DNA from: Chitinophagaceae bacterium
GTDB lineage: Bacteria; Bacteroidota; Bacteroidia; Chitinophagales; Chitinophagaceae
DNA length: 55,491 nt
Reading direction: 5' to 3'
NCBI GenBank assembly: GCA_041745695.1
Contig: JBGTIL010000002.1
Location: 1-55,491 of the forward strand
The notes beneath the pieces were generated by a model, which searched no databases, was not told the DNA's origin, and saw nothing but the letters and a program-made list of their open reading frames with translations. Positions 36,786 through 46,288 of the stretch are shown piece by piece. The position numbers were made by a program, and so were the translations under genes. Each line of letters starts with the position of its first letter. The stretch's first letter is position 1.

Positions 36786-38150
36786 TTATCCGGTCGGTGG
36801 CTTGAACCAGCTGAGAAAAGTATTGCAGAAATATCGGAAGCAGTCGAGGATATCAGCCTGCTGAGCCGGATCTTTACGGTTCTTCTTTTCAATCTTTCCC
36901 TCCGGGGTTTTTCTCACATTCTCCATATCGAATGTCAAACCCTTTGCATTCTCTTCGCTGATGATCACATTGTAGTAATGCAAAATGATGTTGACATGTG
37001 TCTGATTATGCTCGAGGGGAGGGTTGGGTATAACGTTGATCTGGCCGTCGGTCAAATTCAGCTTATGCTTAATGATCAGATAATTCGTAACCTCTTCCTC
37101 ATAGAGTGATGAAGGCGTATTACCTGAATAATCCCCGGTGATCATGTAGAGGTACCCGGGATAATGCAGCAGGATATAATCACAGAGGGCATCGGTGCCG
37201 GATTTCGGCAGCTTGATCGATTCGAGCACTCGTACCTGGTCGTCGTACCATTGGAGCACCAGGCATGCAGCCGGGTTGCGGTTGAAGTCAAAAGCCAGGT
37301 ATAATATCTGAGACGGGTTGACAACCACGGTTCCAACATGCTTTTGCCTGTTGAACGCAAAAGCCCAGGGCATGTCATTTTCCTGATTGCCCCAGAGGCC
37401 AAGCGTGAAGACCCGATACCAGTAGGGATTAGTATGCTGCAACGCTTCATGAAAAGCTATCCGCTGAGGCGTAACATAAGGGTTGTCATGATAGGTCGTA
37501 TGGGTGATCCGGAACTTCAGCGTCACTTCCATCTCGACTACTTTGCCGCCTCTCACCACCTTGACCGGTGTAGTGATCCTGCCAACATAAATCTTTTCGC
37601 CTCTGTAATTCGCGAAGAACATCTTATATAGCCAGAAATCCTGAAAGTCGGGAGTGTTGGCCTCCGGGTTAAGCGAAAGGAAAAGCTTAACCGGACCGTT
37701 GTCATTTCGCAGACCTGTAAGCAGGGTGATGAAAGATGTCTCGCTGATTTGATTACCCTCTTCTACCCAGGCATGTGAAGGATTCGAGAATGACCTGATT
37801 TTGCCGGGCTTGTCCATGCCTCTCGTGGCGAAGGTGTTTCCATTTTGCACCTTGATACCGAGGGGTGACGTTTGAAAATTGAACAGGTGATCAACCTGCC
37901 ACTCTTCAGCAACATCCTTCAACATCTGCCACTGGGCGTCCTTGATCGATTCGTGGGTTTCTTTGATCAGCAGACAGCGGAAGTAGTCCAGCATCATGGA
38001 CTGTTCCGTAAAGTATTGCGCTATGAATTTTGATTTGCCTGAATCCCTGGCACCGAAGAGGATTTCGATGTCTATGTCGTTTTCATCAAGGAGGTGATGA
38101 TAGCACTCGAGATATGCGTCCTTATCGATATCAACCTCAACCTGCCGCAT
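36786..38150 (-). CDS. terL: Terminase large subunit (PBSX-like)
   Basis: Walker A GARDSGKS, Walker B AWVEEG, SLNP motif, nuclease AFDFN and DILDCFRY. Confidence 0.93.
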   Translation of the reverse strand: MRQVEVDIDKDAYLECYHHLLDENDIDIEILFGARDSGKSKFIAQYFTEQSMMLDYFRCLLIKETHESIKDAQWQMLKDVAEEWQVDHLFNFQTSPLGIKVQNGNTFATRGMDKPGKIRSFSNPSHAWVEEGNQISETSFITLLTGLRNDNGPVKLFLSLNPEANTPDFQDFWLYKMFFANYRGEKIYVGRITTPVKVVRGGKVVEMEVTLKFRITHTTYHDNPYVTPQRIAFHEALQHTNPYWYRVFTLGLWGNQENDMPWAFAFNRQKHVGTVVVNPSQILYLAFDFNRNPAACLVLQWYDDQVRVLESIKLPKSGTDALCDYILLHYPGYLYMITGDYSGNTPSSLYEEEVTNYLIIKHKLNLTDGQINVIPNPPLEHNQTHVNIILHYYNVIISEENAKGLTFDMENVRKTPEGKIEKKNRKDPAQQADILDCFRYFCNTFLSWFKPPTG

Positions 38151-38656
38151 TATTTGCGGGTGACTTTAATCTTGAAGCTCTTCTGCTCGTTATCTTTTTC
38201 GAAGATGCCGAGGTGTTTTCCGAGATCCACCAGAGCTCCGCGTTTGTCATGCATCTTAAGTTCAGCTGTTACTTCTTTGACCACTGTGCCATCCTCCTGC
38301 TTGTAAGTCTTGACCTGAGATTTAATGCCGATAACAGGTTTTGTGGTCTTCCTGGAAAGCTTTGTGAGGTCCTTAATTTCATTTGCTGTGTTAATGAAAT
38401 CCTGAATGTTCCAGAAGCCGAGTGATCTCAGCTCCTGGATGATCATGTCGGCTGAGAGCTCCGAGCGATCGCGGAGCTCTTCCTGAAGTTTTTCTATTTC
38501 CCGCTGGACGTTAGGATTTCTTAACAACCTGTGCGCTTCTACAGCTGCAACTTCCGGACTCGAAACAGTGAAGCCGGCCCGGATGTAAGCCTGAGTACCG
38601 TTGAAGTCAATAATATATTCCTGCGCGAAACGCTGTCTCTTACCTGTGAGGGCCAT
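38150..38656 (-). CDS. terS: Terminase small subunit
   Basis: LTGKRQRFAQEYIIDFNGTQAYIRAG and KRGALVDLGKHLGIF. Confidence 0.95.
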   Translation of the reverse strand: MALTGKRQRFAQEYIIDFNGTQAYIRAGFTVSSPEVAAVEAHRLLRNPNVQREIEKLQEELRDRSELSADMIIQELRSLGFWNIQDFINTANEIKDLTKLSRKTTKPVIGIKSQVKTYKQEDGTVVKEVTAELKMHDKRGALVDLGKHLGIFEKDNEQKSFKIKVTRK

Positions 38657-38698
38657 CTGTCAAAATTAATCAAAAAGAAGCAGGTTTAATACATAGTA

Positions 38699-38714
38699 TG
38701 TTTCACGTGGAATG
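38699..38714. promoter_or_regulatory. parS-like site
   Basis: TGTTTCACGTGGAATG; its reverse CATTCCACGTGAAACA is 14/16 to TGTTNCACGTGAAACA. Confidence 0.55.
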
Positions 38715-38723
38715 GGATCATAT

Positions 38724-38957
38724 TTACGGCGTAGGCGGAATAGTAGTGGGCCTGCTCCAATAACCGTCCGCAAATATCTGTGCTATAGTGTTATTAATGT
38801 ACGGCTGCTTGGGGGTATAGGTTCTGTTAGTCAGAGTGCGAACGCTATGCATGTACGATTCAGAACGGGTATACTCTTCCCACGCCTTTTGGTATTCGCT
38901 TTTCACCATCAGTGCAGTTATCTTTTTTGGCCTACCACGGCCGCGGCTTTCCTTCAT
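38724..38957 (-). CDS. Hypothetical protein
   Basis: 77 aa with an RGRPKK AT-hook-like N-terminus; coupled to the upstream gene. Confidence 0.55.
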   Translation of the reverse strand: MKESRGRGRPKKITALMVKSEYQKAWEEYTRSESYMHSVRTLTNRTYTPKQPYINNTIAQIFADGYWSRPTTIPPTP

Positions 38958-39331
38958 TAGAATAAAGTTTTTGTATACCTAAAACCCTGAAAGCCTCGCA
39001 TCGGTATTTCATGAGGTGCCATGACAACCGGTCCTACCATCATTACCGCATTAGCATTTTCAAACGTCCTTGACCCGCCTTCCGGTCTTCCAAAAGTCAT
39101 TGTCTTGTTTCTGATTAAGCCGGAAAACTGGCTACGATGATGAATTTTATTATCGATGATTGTGTACACATACAGCACATCATGCACCGGAAGGTTTTTC
39201 ATAACACGGTACCAAATCATTCCTTCATTTGTATTCATGTCTTTAATTTCCTGCAGGTATTTTGCATGGCTGTATTCTTCAAAAAAACGCTTTGGCAGCG
39301 TGACTATTATTCCGTCCGGATGCTCAATCAT
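38957..39331 (-). CDS. Hypothetical protein, possible ASCH/PUA-like fold
   Basis: C-terminal IPMRGFQGFRY resembles the ASCH-type C-terminal motif. Confidence 0.5.
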   Translation of the reverse strand: MIEHPDGIIVTLPKRFFEEYSHAKYLQEIKDMNTNEGMIWYRVMKNLPVHDVLYVYTIIDNKIHHRSQFSGLIRNKTMTFGRPEGGSRTFENANAVMMVGPVVMAPHEIPMRGFQGFRYTKTLF

Positions 39332-39350
39332 ATGAGTTTATTTAATTGGG

Positions 39351-39800
39351 TTAGGAATAAATATATCCGCACGAATGGCAAATATCAGCCTCCGGTGTGA
39401 TCTCGACGCCTTCATCGCCACAATACACGCAAATTGAATGGTCGATACTTTCATCTTCATCATCATCATCATCATCTGCTGCTATCTCAGTGTGAGAGTA
39501 TGTATTGTCCGGATTTTTTATCCAGCTCCGTGTTTTATTCTTCTGTGTTTTTCTGTACATCTCCATGATTAATTCCTCACAGGTAAAACCTGATCGTCTT
39601 ATAGAATCAACAAGGCAAAGAAAACAATCAGCATACTCTGTCAACAGGTTGCCGTCGTTTCCCTGGAAAGCAATTTCGATCATTACCTCTTGCACTTCTT
39701 CTGTTAGTTTCGAAAGGGTGGAAATTGCCGTAGCCTCCGGAAAGGCTTTCATACTAAATTCAGCAGCATCGTAAAATACTTCTTCAAATGTTCTATTCAT
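39351..39800 (-). CDS. dATP/dGTP pyrophosphohydrolase (DUF550/MazG-like)
   Basis: KLTEEVQEV...EYADC...KNKTRSW; acidic linker and CxxC..CxxC tail. Confidence 0.75.
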   Translation of the reverse strand: MNRTFEEVFYDAAEFSMKAFPEATAISTLSKLTEEVQEVMIEIAFQGNDGNLLTEYADCFLCLVDSIRRSGFTCEELIMEMYRKTQKNKTRSWIKNPDNTYSHTEIAADDDDDDEDESIDHSICVYCGDEGVEITPEADICHSCGYIYS

Positions 39801-40252
39801 ATCAGTTTATTTAATTCAGTTATCAAATTTTCATAATTGTTCGCCGTGAATCTGAATACCCGCCATCCTAAACCGCTGGCGGTATTGTACTTTTCTGTAT
39901 CTTTTATGAACCCACCCCTGGTTGTGTGTCGGCTTTTGTCACTGAATATACCCTCATATTCAACCGCTATCATAAGGGCTGGTATAGCCCAGTCAAATCT
40001 GTATTTTTTGTCCGGGTGAAACTTGTATTCCTCCTGCAATTGTACAGAGTGTTCTTTGCACCAGTAAAGCAGGTTCCACGCGATGTAATCCTTTTCCTTC
40101 GATCGCTTCGGAAAGTGCTTAGCGACGACCCTGCCGGGTGCCTGTGGATTTCTTTTTTGATTCTTATAGACTTTGTAGTCCCGGATCTTGCCCTGCTTTT
40201 TCAGGTCTTCGATATGTTTGAGGTTCCATGTCATGCGTTCTGTTCCCTCCAT
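39797..40252 (-). CDS. PD-(D/E)xK/Vsr-like endonuclease
   Basis: EYKFHPDKKYRFDWA...AVEYEG...RHT...D.EKYN...GWRVFRFT. Confidence 0.8.
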   Translation of the reverse strand: MEGTERMTWNLKHIEDLKKQGKIRDYKVYKNQKRNPQAPGRVVAKHFPKRSKEKDYIAWNLLYWCKEHSVQLQEEYKFHPDKKYRFDWAIPALMIAVEYEGIFSDKSRHTTRGGFIKDTEKYNTASGLGWRVFRFTANNYENLITELNKLI

Positions 40253-40890
40253 TCCTGGAACTTCGTTTTCAGATCACCCATGACGCCGGCAAGTTTTTCG
40301 GCAGCCTTGCTAAGCTGGGCATCTTGCGGATTAACCGTGTCGATCATCCTTATGGCAGGCCCCTGGTAATCCAGGCGATGGCATTCCTGATCCTGCATAT
40401 GCAAAGCAGCGCGCTGCCTTCGGGACCAGTACTCATCCAGTATTTGCGAAATGATGGAAAGATCAATGTGGTCAAAAAGCTTCACGAGTTCGCCACGTTT
40501 TGCAAGTGAAAACATCATGACATAATCTTCGAGCCTGAAATTATCGCACTCATCGATGAGCATTGCGGCAGCTTCGATCATTTGATCCTCGTTCATGTTC
40601 CGGACGACATTCACCGATGCACAAAAATCTTTTACCAGCATGAAAACTACTTTCAGCATGGTTTTTCGCCCGTTCCTTTCGATCAATCCCTGCAGGGTCG
40701 GGTAGCGGATCACGTTCAGGAAATCCGGTTTACCTGCCGGCGCCAGGTTACCGGCAATGCTCAATAGTTCCATTTTTGCATCCCTTTTGAAATCCGGATG
40801 TTCCAGTTTACTCAGGCATTCGATCAATTGCATCGAAGACTGATTTTGTGCTAACATCTGCACCGGTAGCGGGTTTTGCGCCTTTTCCAT
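40231..40890 (-). CDS. Replication-associated protein downstream of the initiator (DUF6633-like)
   Basis: Position and the AKRGELVKLFDHID motif. Confidence 0.5.
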   Translation of the reverse strand: MEKAQNPLPVQMLAQNQSSMQLIECLSKLEHPDFKRDAKMELLSIAGNLAPAGKPDFLNVIRYPTLQGLIERNGRKTMLKVVFMLVKDFCASVNVVRNMNEDQMIEAAAMLIDECDNFRLEDYVMMFSLAKRGELVKLFDHIDLSIISQILDEYWSRRQRAALHMQDQECHRLDYQGPAIRMIDTVNPQDAQLSKAAEKLAGVMGDLKTKFQEWREQNA

Positions 40891-41599
40891 TTTGGGTCGG
40901 TGTAAAATTTTTGGTGATAAATTTTCCGTCTTTCATGTCGTTAGCCATCCAGTTTTTAGCTGCTGCAAGCCAGTTTATTTTTTTTTCGTCTTTTGAGTCA
41001 GCCCAGTTTTTAATCTGCTCGTGGTACCAGTCGATATTCGCCGATTCGTACTGCGAACCGTTCAGTTTTTGCTGGAAAATTGTTTTGTCAAAAATTTCAG
41101 AATCAGAAAAAAAGTGTTTTTTGTCCTTCCCCTCCCCTCCACTCCACTCCTTTCCTTTACTCTCCTTTACTCTCCTCTCCCCTCCTTGACTGGATTGATC
41201 CGTGAATAATCCATGATCAATCAGTGAAATTTCTAAAATTTCTTCCAGTAATTTTTTGTCGATAAATAAATCTTCATAGTTTGGACGATTGATTACCTGA
41301 TGTTTAGTAAGATTTGGAAGATAGTAGAACAACTCCCCGCCGGAACCCTTACCGGAAGTAGATATCATTTTAATAAACCCAAATTTTTCTAATTCTCTAA
41401 GCCAACTCTCAAACTTTACGAGATTTATCTGATCGTGCGGATAGATTTTAGATTTAAGCCACACTGATTTTGAAATAATTACTCCCAGATCATCAGCAAA
41501 ATTCCACATTGCGATATAGGTAAGCCTGGCATCCCGAGTTACCAAGGCCAGCTTTGCGTCATCCCAGAACTTTGGTTTTATGGTACGAAATCTTGCCAT
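40808..41599 (-). CDS. Phage replication initiator (lambda O-like organisation)
   Basis: MARFRTIKPKFW wHTH N-terminus; low-complexity KGKE linker; C-terminal NWLAAAKNW. Confidence 0.78.
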   Translation of the reverse strand: MARFRTIKPKFWDDAKLALVTRDARLTYIAMWNFADDLGVIISKSVWLKSKIYPHDQINLVKFESWLRELEKFGFIKMISTSGKGSGGELFYYLPNLTKHQVINRPNYEDLFIDKKLLEEILEISLIDHGLFTDQSSQGGERRVKESKGKEWSGGEGKDKKHFFSDSEIFDKTIFQQKLNGSQYESANIDWYHEQIKNWADSKDEKKINWLAAAKNWMANDMKDGKFITKNFTPTQNGKGAKPATGADVSTKSVFDAIDRMPE

Positions 41600-41787
41600 T
41601 AAAACATTTTACTTTGGGTAGGTTCAGGCGACATTGCATGAGCGGCCAACCACTTGTCCAGCTCAGCTTCTTTTCTTTTGGCAGATTTCAAAACATCATT
41701 ATCCCTTCCTTTAAAGTATTCGCGCTGAAATACCCTGACATCAATAACGATATCTATCAGTTGATTTAATTTATCGGTGTCTGTCAT
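41599..41787 (-). CDS. Hypothetical phage protein
   Basis: QREYFKGR...L..AK..E..LD; coupled to its neighbours. Confidence 0.7.
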   Translation of the reverse strand: MTDTDKLNQLIDIVIDVRVFQREYFKGRDNDVLKSAKRKEAELDKWLAAHAMSPEPTQSKMF

Positions 41788-43430
41788 TATCTCTGATTAA
41801 AAAGGTTAAGCAAATGATCCACCACGTCCTCTTCCACGTCGTCAGTAGCCCCCGTGATCGTTTGAGCGATGTTCTTTTTCTTTTGTATCAGCTCATAGCA
41901 ATACCGGTCGATTGTATCCTCTCCCAAAAAGTACGTTGCCGTCACGCTGTTAACCTGCCCAATCCTATGCGTACGGTCCTCGCATTGCTCGCAGTCGGCA
42001 AACGTCCATGGAAACTCTACAAACCCCACCCGGGATGCTGCGGTAAGCGTGATGCCGACGCCAGCTGCCTTGATGGAACATATGATAACCTGCACTTCGG
42101 GATCATTCTGGAAACGGTCTACAGATAGCTGCCGGCTGCTCATGTCATCATCCCCCCGGATCGTGACCGCGTCCGGATAGATTCCTTTCAGCGTCATAGC
42201 AATCTCCCGCAGGTGACAAAATAACACCACTTTTTCGCCTGCTTCGACAATTTCATCTACAAAGTCTTTTACCTCGTTCATCTTGCCGCGGGAAGATATC
42301 TGCTTCAGGATACCCATCTTAACCATGATCTCGCCCCTCATTTTCTTTGCCACCTCCTTATCTGTGCAGCCTTTGACGTCGCGCAGGTATTTAACGAAAT
42401 CATCCTCTGCCTGTTGGTATTCCTTGCGGTTGGTGATCTCGCAAAGAAGCACCTGGCGGATCTTCGCCGGCAGGTCTTTCAGGACTTCCGTTTTCTCGCG
42501 TCGGTAGAAACATACCTTGTTGAGTTTGTAGTTGAGCTCTTTCAGGTTCGATGCCCCGGAGCCGCCCTGGCAGTAGCGATCCATGAAAAATTTGTAACCT
42601 CCGAACTCCTGAAGCCTGTCAAGGATATGCAGCTGGGGTATCAGGTCTTTCGGCTTGTTGACAACGGGCGTGCCGGCGAGCTCGAGGATATATTCCTTTC
42701 CTTTAGCTATCCCCATCACTAATTTTGATTGCTGGGTTGAGCCATCTTTTACCTTATGCGACTCATCCACGATCACTGACTTGAAAAGCGACACGTTCTG
42801 TTTGAAAGATATGTGATTAAGCCGGAGCGCTGCGTCTTTAGGCTTATTGATAGCCTCAACGAAATATTTTTTGAGTGATTCGTAATTGCAAATGAAGACA
42901 TCCACCATCCCGACATTGAAGTAAGTCGGCCATGTGTTCTTAACTTTGTCGCTGAGGATCATCGCGCGTTTGTCAGTCCACTTAGCCCATTCGCGCTGCC
43001 AGTTAATTTTGAGCGTGGAAGGGCAGACGATGAGGCAGGGAAAAGCTTTTGCAGCAAGAATGGTGGCGATACTCTGAATCGTTTTTCCGAGGCCGGGCTG
43101 ATCCCCGATAATAACTTTTTTGTGCTGAAGGCAGTAAGCTACGCCGCGCTCCTGGTAGGGAAACATGGGTTGCTTGAGTGGGATATTCACCTGCAGATAG
43201 GGTAGCTCCGGAACAGCGTCATAGTCTTCCGGCGCGTTCATGACAGCCTGGTCGGTGACATTGAAGGTTTTTTTCAGGTCGTTTATCTCCCGGGTTCTGT
43301 ACGCCGGCACATACCAGGCTTTGATGTTACCGTTGTAGCGGGCACCATGGATTTTCTTCACAGCCTCAACCTTCCCGCGGTCGAACTGGAAGCGAATCTC
43401 GTAACCCTTATCTGTTTCTGTGATTGTCAT
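41787..43430 (-). CDS. SNF2-family helicase/ATPase with HARP-like N-terminal domain
   Basis: GDQPGLGKT, DESH, AGTP, GVGITLTAA, QCEDRTHRIGQ. Confidence 0.93.
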   Translation of the reverse strand: MTITETDKGYEIRFQFDRGKVEAVKKIHGARYNGNIKAWYVPAYRTREINDLKKTFNVTDQAVMNAPEDYDAVPELPYLQVNIPLKQPMFPYQERGVAYCLQHKKVIIGDQPGLGKTIQSIATILAAKAFPCLIVCPSTLKINWQREWAKWTDKRAMILSDKVKNTWPTYFNVGMVDVFICNYESLKKYFVEAINKPKDAALRLNHISFKQNVSLFKSVIVDESHKVKDGSTQQSKLVMGIAKGKEYILELAGTPVVNKPKDLIPQLHILDRLQEFGGYKFFMDRYCQGGSGASNLKELNYKLNKVCFYRREKTEVLKDLPAKIRQVLLCEITNRKEYQQAEDDFVKYLRDVKGCTDKEVAKKMRGEIMVKMGILKQISSRGKMNEVKDFVDEIVEAGEKVVLFCHLREIAMTLKGIYPDAVTIRGDDDMSSRQLSVDRFQNDPEVQVIICSIKAAGVGITLTAASRVGFVEFPWTFADCEQCEDRTHRIGQVNSVTATYFLGEDTIDRYCYELIQKKKNIAQTITGATDDVEEDVVDHLLNLFNQR

Positions 43431-43729
43431 TGTTGTTGTGCAATTCCTAAATGTGTTTTATTACTGTACTCAGCCTTTGGCCTTTCAAGTTTCTGCGTCG
43501 GCACACTTTCCTCCTCCAGGAACTTTGTGGGCTCATCAGCTTTTTTGCCCGTGATCTTTGCATACAGTACTTCTGTTTTTGCAGACTCAACAATTACTTT
43601 ACCCACTTCAGAAATGGCCTGGGAGCGGATGATCTCCTTTTTTAAGTCCTCCTCCGAGAGATCTTCGTTACCGAGTCTTTCCAGGGCTGCAAACATGTGA
43701 TCACGCAGATCACTGATTTTGTTTTTCAT
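43427..43729 (-). CDS. Conserved-looking phage hypothetical protein
   Basis: MKNKISDLRDHMFAALERL motif, next to the HNH gene. Confidence 0.75.
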   Translation of the reverse strand: MKNKISDLRDHMFAALERLGNEDLSEEDLKKEIIRSQAISEVGKVIVESAKTEVLYAKITGKKADEPTKFLEEESVPTQKLERPKAEYSNKTHLGIAQQQ

Positions 43730-44450
43730 CGGTTAATTTTTTAAGATGTTTATTGATTTTCCGGTTCAGTGCACCCCGTAGTTGCACCATTTCAGCGATC
43801 GGCTTTGGATAATTATGATAGCTATTCCTTTTCATAAGCTGGCCTGGAGTAAGGAGCTCCAGATTCTCAATGTCGCAGTTCATCGTATCACCATCCTTGA
43901 AGATCAATTTCATCTTTGGTGGGATCATACCGTTTGCCTGCTCCCACCTATACCGGTGAAGCGGCGTCCAATTGCCAAGCCGGATCCGGATAAATTTATA
44001 TTTGACTCCGCGGTTATCAGCCCGAACTGTGATTTCAAAATCGGTTTTTGTATTGTGAGGCAGGTGGCCTTTGTAAAACCTCGTTGCCCTGGTTTTTGCA
44101 ATAGCTTCTGCTCTGAAGCGATCTTTGATTTCTTTTGGAGTGACGAGGTTCAGGAACTTCATTCTTCCTTTAACCAGAGTTTCACTGTATCCAAGATGCC
44201 GGGCTATTGCAGTAAGATTTATTTTAAGGTAGTTATCTTTAATATACTGGTCGTCTGAAGCCGTTGCCCTGGTTTTGCCAAGCGTTGGTGGGGGGACAAT
44301 GCGCTTCAACTGAAGAACCTTTGCTTTTGACTTGATCGCCTTATACGTTTTTCCAAAAGCGCTGCAAAGAAGCCTGACGTCATGTATGACAGGGTACTGA
44401 TCTTTCAGCACATCTATCTGCTCTTCTGTCCAAGAATTGGTACGCATCAT
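43710..44450 (-). CDS. HNH endonuclease with N-terminal helical DNA-binding repeats
   Basis: LHRYRWEQANG.IP...FKDGDTMNCDIENLELL. Confidence 0.82.
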   Translation of the reverse strand: MMRTNSWTEEQIDVLKDQYPVIHDVRLLCSAFGKTYKAIKSKAKVLQLKRIVPPPTLGKTRATASDDQYIKDNYLKINLTAIARHLGYSETLVKGRMKFLNLVTPKEIKDRFRAEAIAKTRATRFYKGHLPHNTKTDFEITVRADNRGVKYKFIRIRLGNWTPLHRYRWEQANGMIPPKMKLIFKDGDTMNCDIENLELLTPGQLMKRNSYHNYPKPIAEMVQLRGALNRKINKHLKKLTDEKQNQ

Positions 44451-44821
44451 TATATAATTCCCTCCAAATGGATAACATCTTGCCTGACCTTTTCATCACT
44501 GAAAATCAGGTTACTCACTGTTTTTGCCGAATGTATAACTGTTGTATGATCGCAGCCACCAAAAAACTTTCCGATATTTCGAAGGCCGATGCTTGTCTTG
44601 TTCCGGATGAAATACATGCAAATCTGCCGCGGCAAAACAATATCTCTTCTCCTTGCCCTGCTTTTCAGCTGCTGTTCGGTTATCCCGTAATGACTGCTGA
44701 CGACTTCTATTATTCTTTTGACGGTGTACTCAAAGGAGCCTGCTTCATGCAGATACTCATCCGGGCTAACGTAGTGGCAGTGGGTGACAGGCGATTGCCA
44801 GAATGTTTCAGTGGTTGTCAT
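44450..44821 (-). CDS. DnaA domain IV (C-terminal HTH)-only protein
   Basis: RRRDIVLPRQICMY...IGKFFGGCDHTTVIHS. Confidence 0.88.
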   Translation of the reverse strand: MTTTETFWQSPVTHCHYVSPDEYLHEAGSFEYTVKRIIEVVSSHYGITEQQLKSRARRRDIVLPRQICMYFIRNKTSIGLRNIGKFFGGCDHTTVIHSAKTVSNLIFSDEKVRQDVIHLEGII

Positions 44822-45441
44822 ATAGCCTCCTCCTTTTCTTCGAACATTTCAGTTTGCACATACGCCGGCGCCTGCTTCCCTTTCACGTACTGTTCCACCT
44901 CAGAAATACAATCGTCGATGGATATGCGCAGTTCGTTGATGAGCTGATATTCGCCATCCCATTTCACGACCGGTGTTTCAAGCCTCACGAACTCGCCGGT
45001 AGTAAGCTGTTTCTCGCCGATAAGGACAACGCCCTGATTGTGCACACTGCCAACGATTTTGAAAGCTGATACGCTGAAATTCTTGCCTTTTTCAGTGAAT
45101 GAAAAAAGATTATTATGCTCTGTAAAATATTCCATTGCCTCATCATCAAGCTCTTCACAGATAGCAGCCAGATGCGGACTCAAGAATTTGAACTTTTCCC
45201 GAAGATCATCATGCACCGGCAATTCCGATTTGATTCGCACACTGTTTATAATGCCCGGCGCAATCGTGTGATCATAGCTGTAATGACAGAACAGGTATTT
45301 CAGTGCAGCGCCCGTGATGACGATCGGCTTGTCTTCCGTGTTGCCCTGGAGAGCTTTCAAATAGCTATTCGTGGAACCGGTAATTGTAGCGCCATCTTCA
45401 GTTACTTCGACATTTAATTTTTTTCGTCCCATGTGTTTCAA
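44818..45441 (-). CDS. Hypothetical phage protein
   Basis: 207 aa with ATGA overlaps at both ends. Confidence 0.75.
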   Translation of the reverse strand: MKHMGRKKLNVEVTEDGATITGSTNSYLKALQGNTEDKPIVITGAALKYLFCHYSYDHTIAPGIINSVRIKSELPVHDDLREKFKFLSPHLAAICEELDDEAMEYFTEHNNLFSFTEKGKNFSVSAFKIVGSVHNQGVVLIGEKQLTTGEFVRLETPVVKWDGEYQLINELRISIDDCISEVEQYVKGKQAPAYVQTEMFEEKEEAI

Positions 45442-46088
45442 TTTTGAATGTTTCCAAAAAAAGTCCAGTATAGAAAAGCCAGTTCCTGGTACCTCGCTTT
45501 TCCTTCGTTGTATAAAGTGCTGCCGCGCTTCACGGGTACCTTGAATACGCGGAAATTAACCTTGCTGATGAAGATCAGGATGTCGTTACTTCTATTTTCG
45601 ATATCCATGTACCACGCGCGCTGCCTCGAATATTCAAAGTATCTTACCGCCTCTTCGCACTGCTTCTGCGTTGTGGCAGTTGTGCTTTTGATGTCGCCTC
45701 CCAGGTCGAAGGATTCACAAAATAGATCCCACTTACACCGGGCGTCAAGGCAGAAGCTGAGCCCGTCGTGTTCAATGCAGAACCGCGGCTTCACACTCAC
45801 CTTTTGAAAGCTGCAATGCTTCAGCATCATTGCGCAAAACGGATCCCGGTAGAAGGCTTTTTTCATCTCTGCAGCTTTCTCGAAATCCTCTTTCCTGTAT
45901 TGAATATCATCCAGCATGAAGCTGAAATAGTTTAGGCGCTGAGGCTCCGTGATCATGCCATCGATGAGCGACCCGAACTTATAAGCCTCTTCATAGTCAA
46001 TGGCAGCACTCTCAGGCATCCACAGTTTTTTGACGTCAGTTAAGTCACTGTTGCTGACTTCAGGCCGGCTATAGTAAGGATCAGTCAT
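45438..46088 (-). CDS. RecE-like PD-(D/E)xK exonuclease
   Basis: VSNSDL, FGSLID, RCKWD...DIKST, Y.RQRAWY. Confidence 0.78.
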   Translation of the reverse strand: MTDPYYSRPEVSNSDLTDVKKLWMPESAAIDYEEAYKFGSLIDGMITEPQRLNYFSFMLDDIQYRKEDFEKAAEMKKAFYRDPFCAMMLKHCSFQKVSVKPRFCIEHDGLSFCLDARCKWDLFCESFDLGGDIKSTTATTQKQCEEAVRYFEYSRQRAWYMDIENRSNDILIFISKVNFRVFKVPVKRGSTLYNEGKARYQELAFLYWTFFGNIQN

Positions 46089-46288
46089 GATAGTAGCCTC
46101 TCAATTAATTGTTGACCTCTCAGCGTCCTGTCTTCCTGGTTTAGTGATTTTTTCTCGATATCGTCAACAACCTCATTCACACTTTCGATCCACGACCGGA
46201 GAGCGTCGTATGAAGTCGGGAAACGATCACGTCCGTGAAGCTCCATCATGCGGTCATGAATCTTTGATAATGTTGTCAGTTCCATCAT
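46085..46288 (-). CDS. Hypothetical protein
   Basis: 67 aa with overlapping start/stop at both ends. Confidence 0.6.
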   Translation of the reverse strand: MMELTTLSKIHDRMMELHGRDRFPTSYDALRSWIESVNEVVDDIEKKSLNQEDRTLRGQQLIERLLS

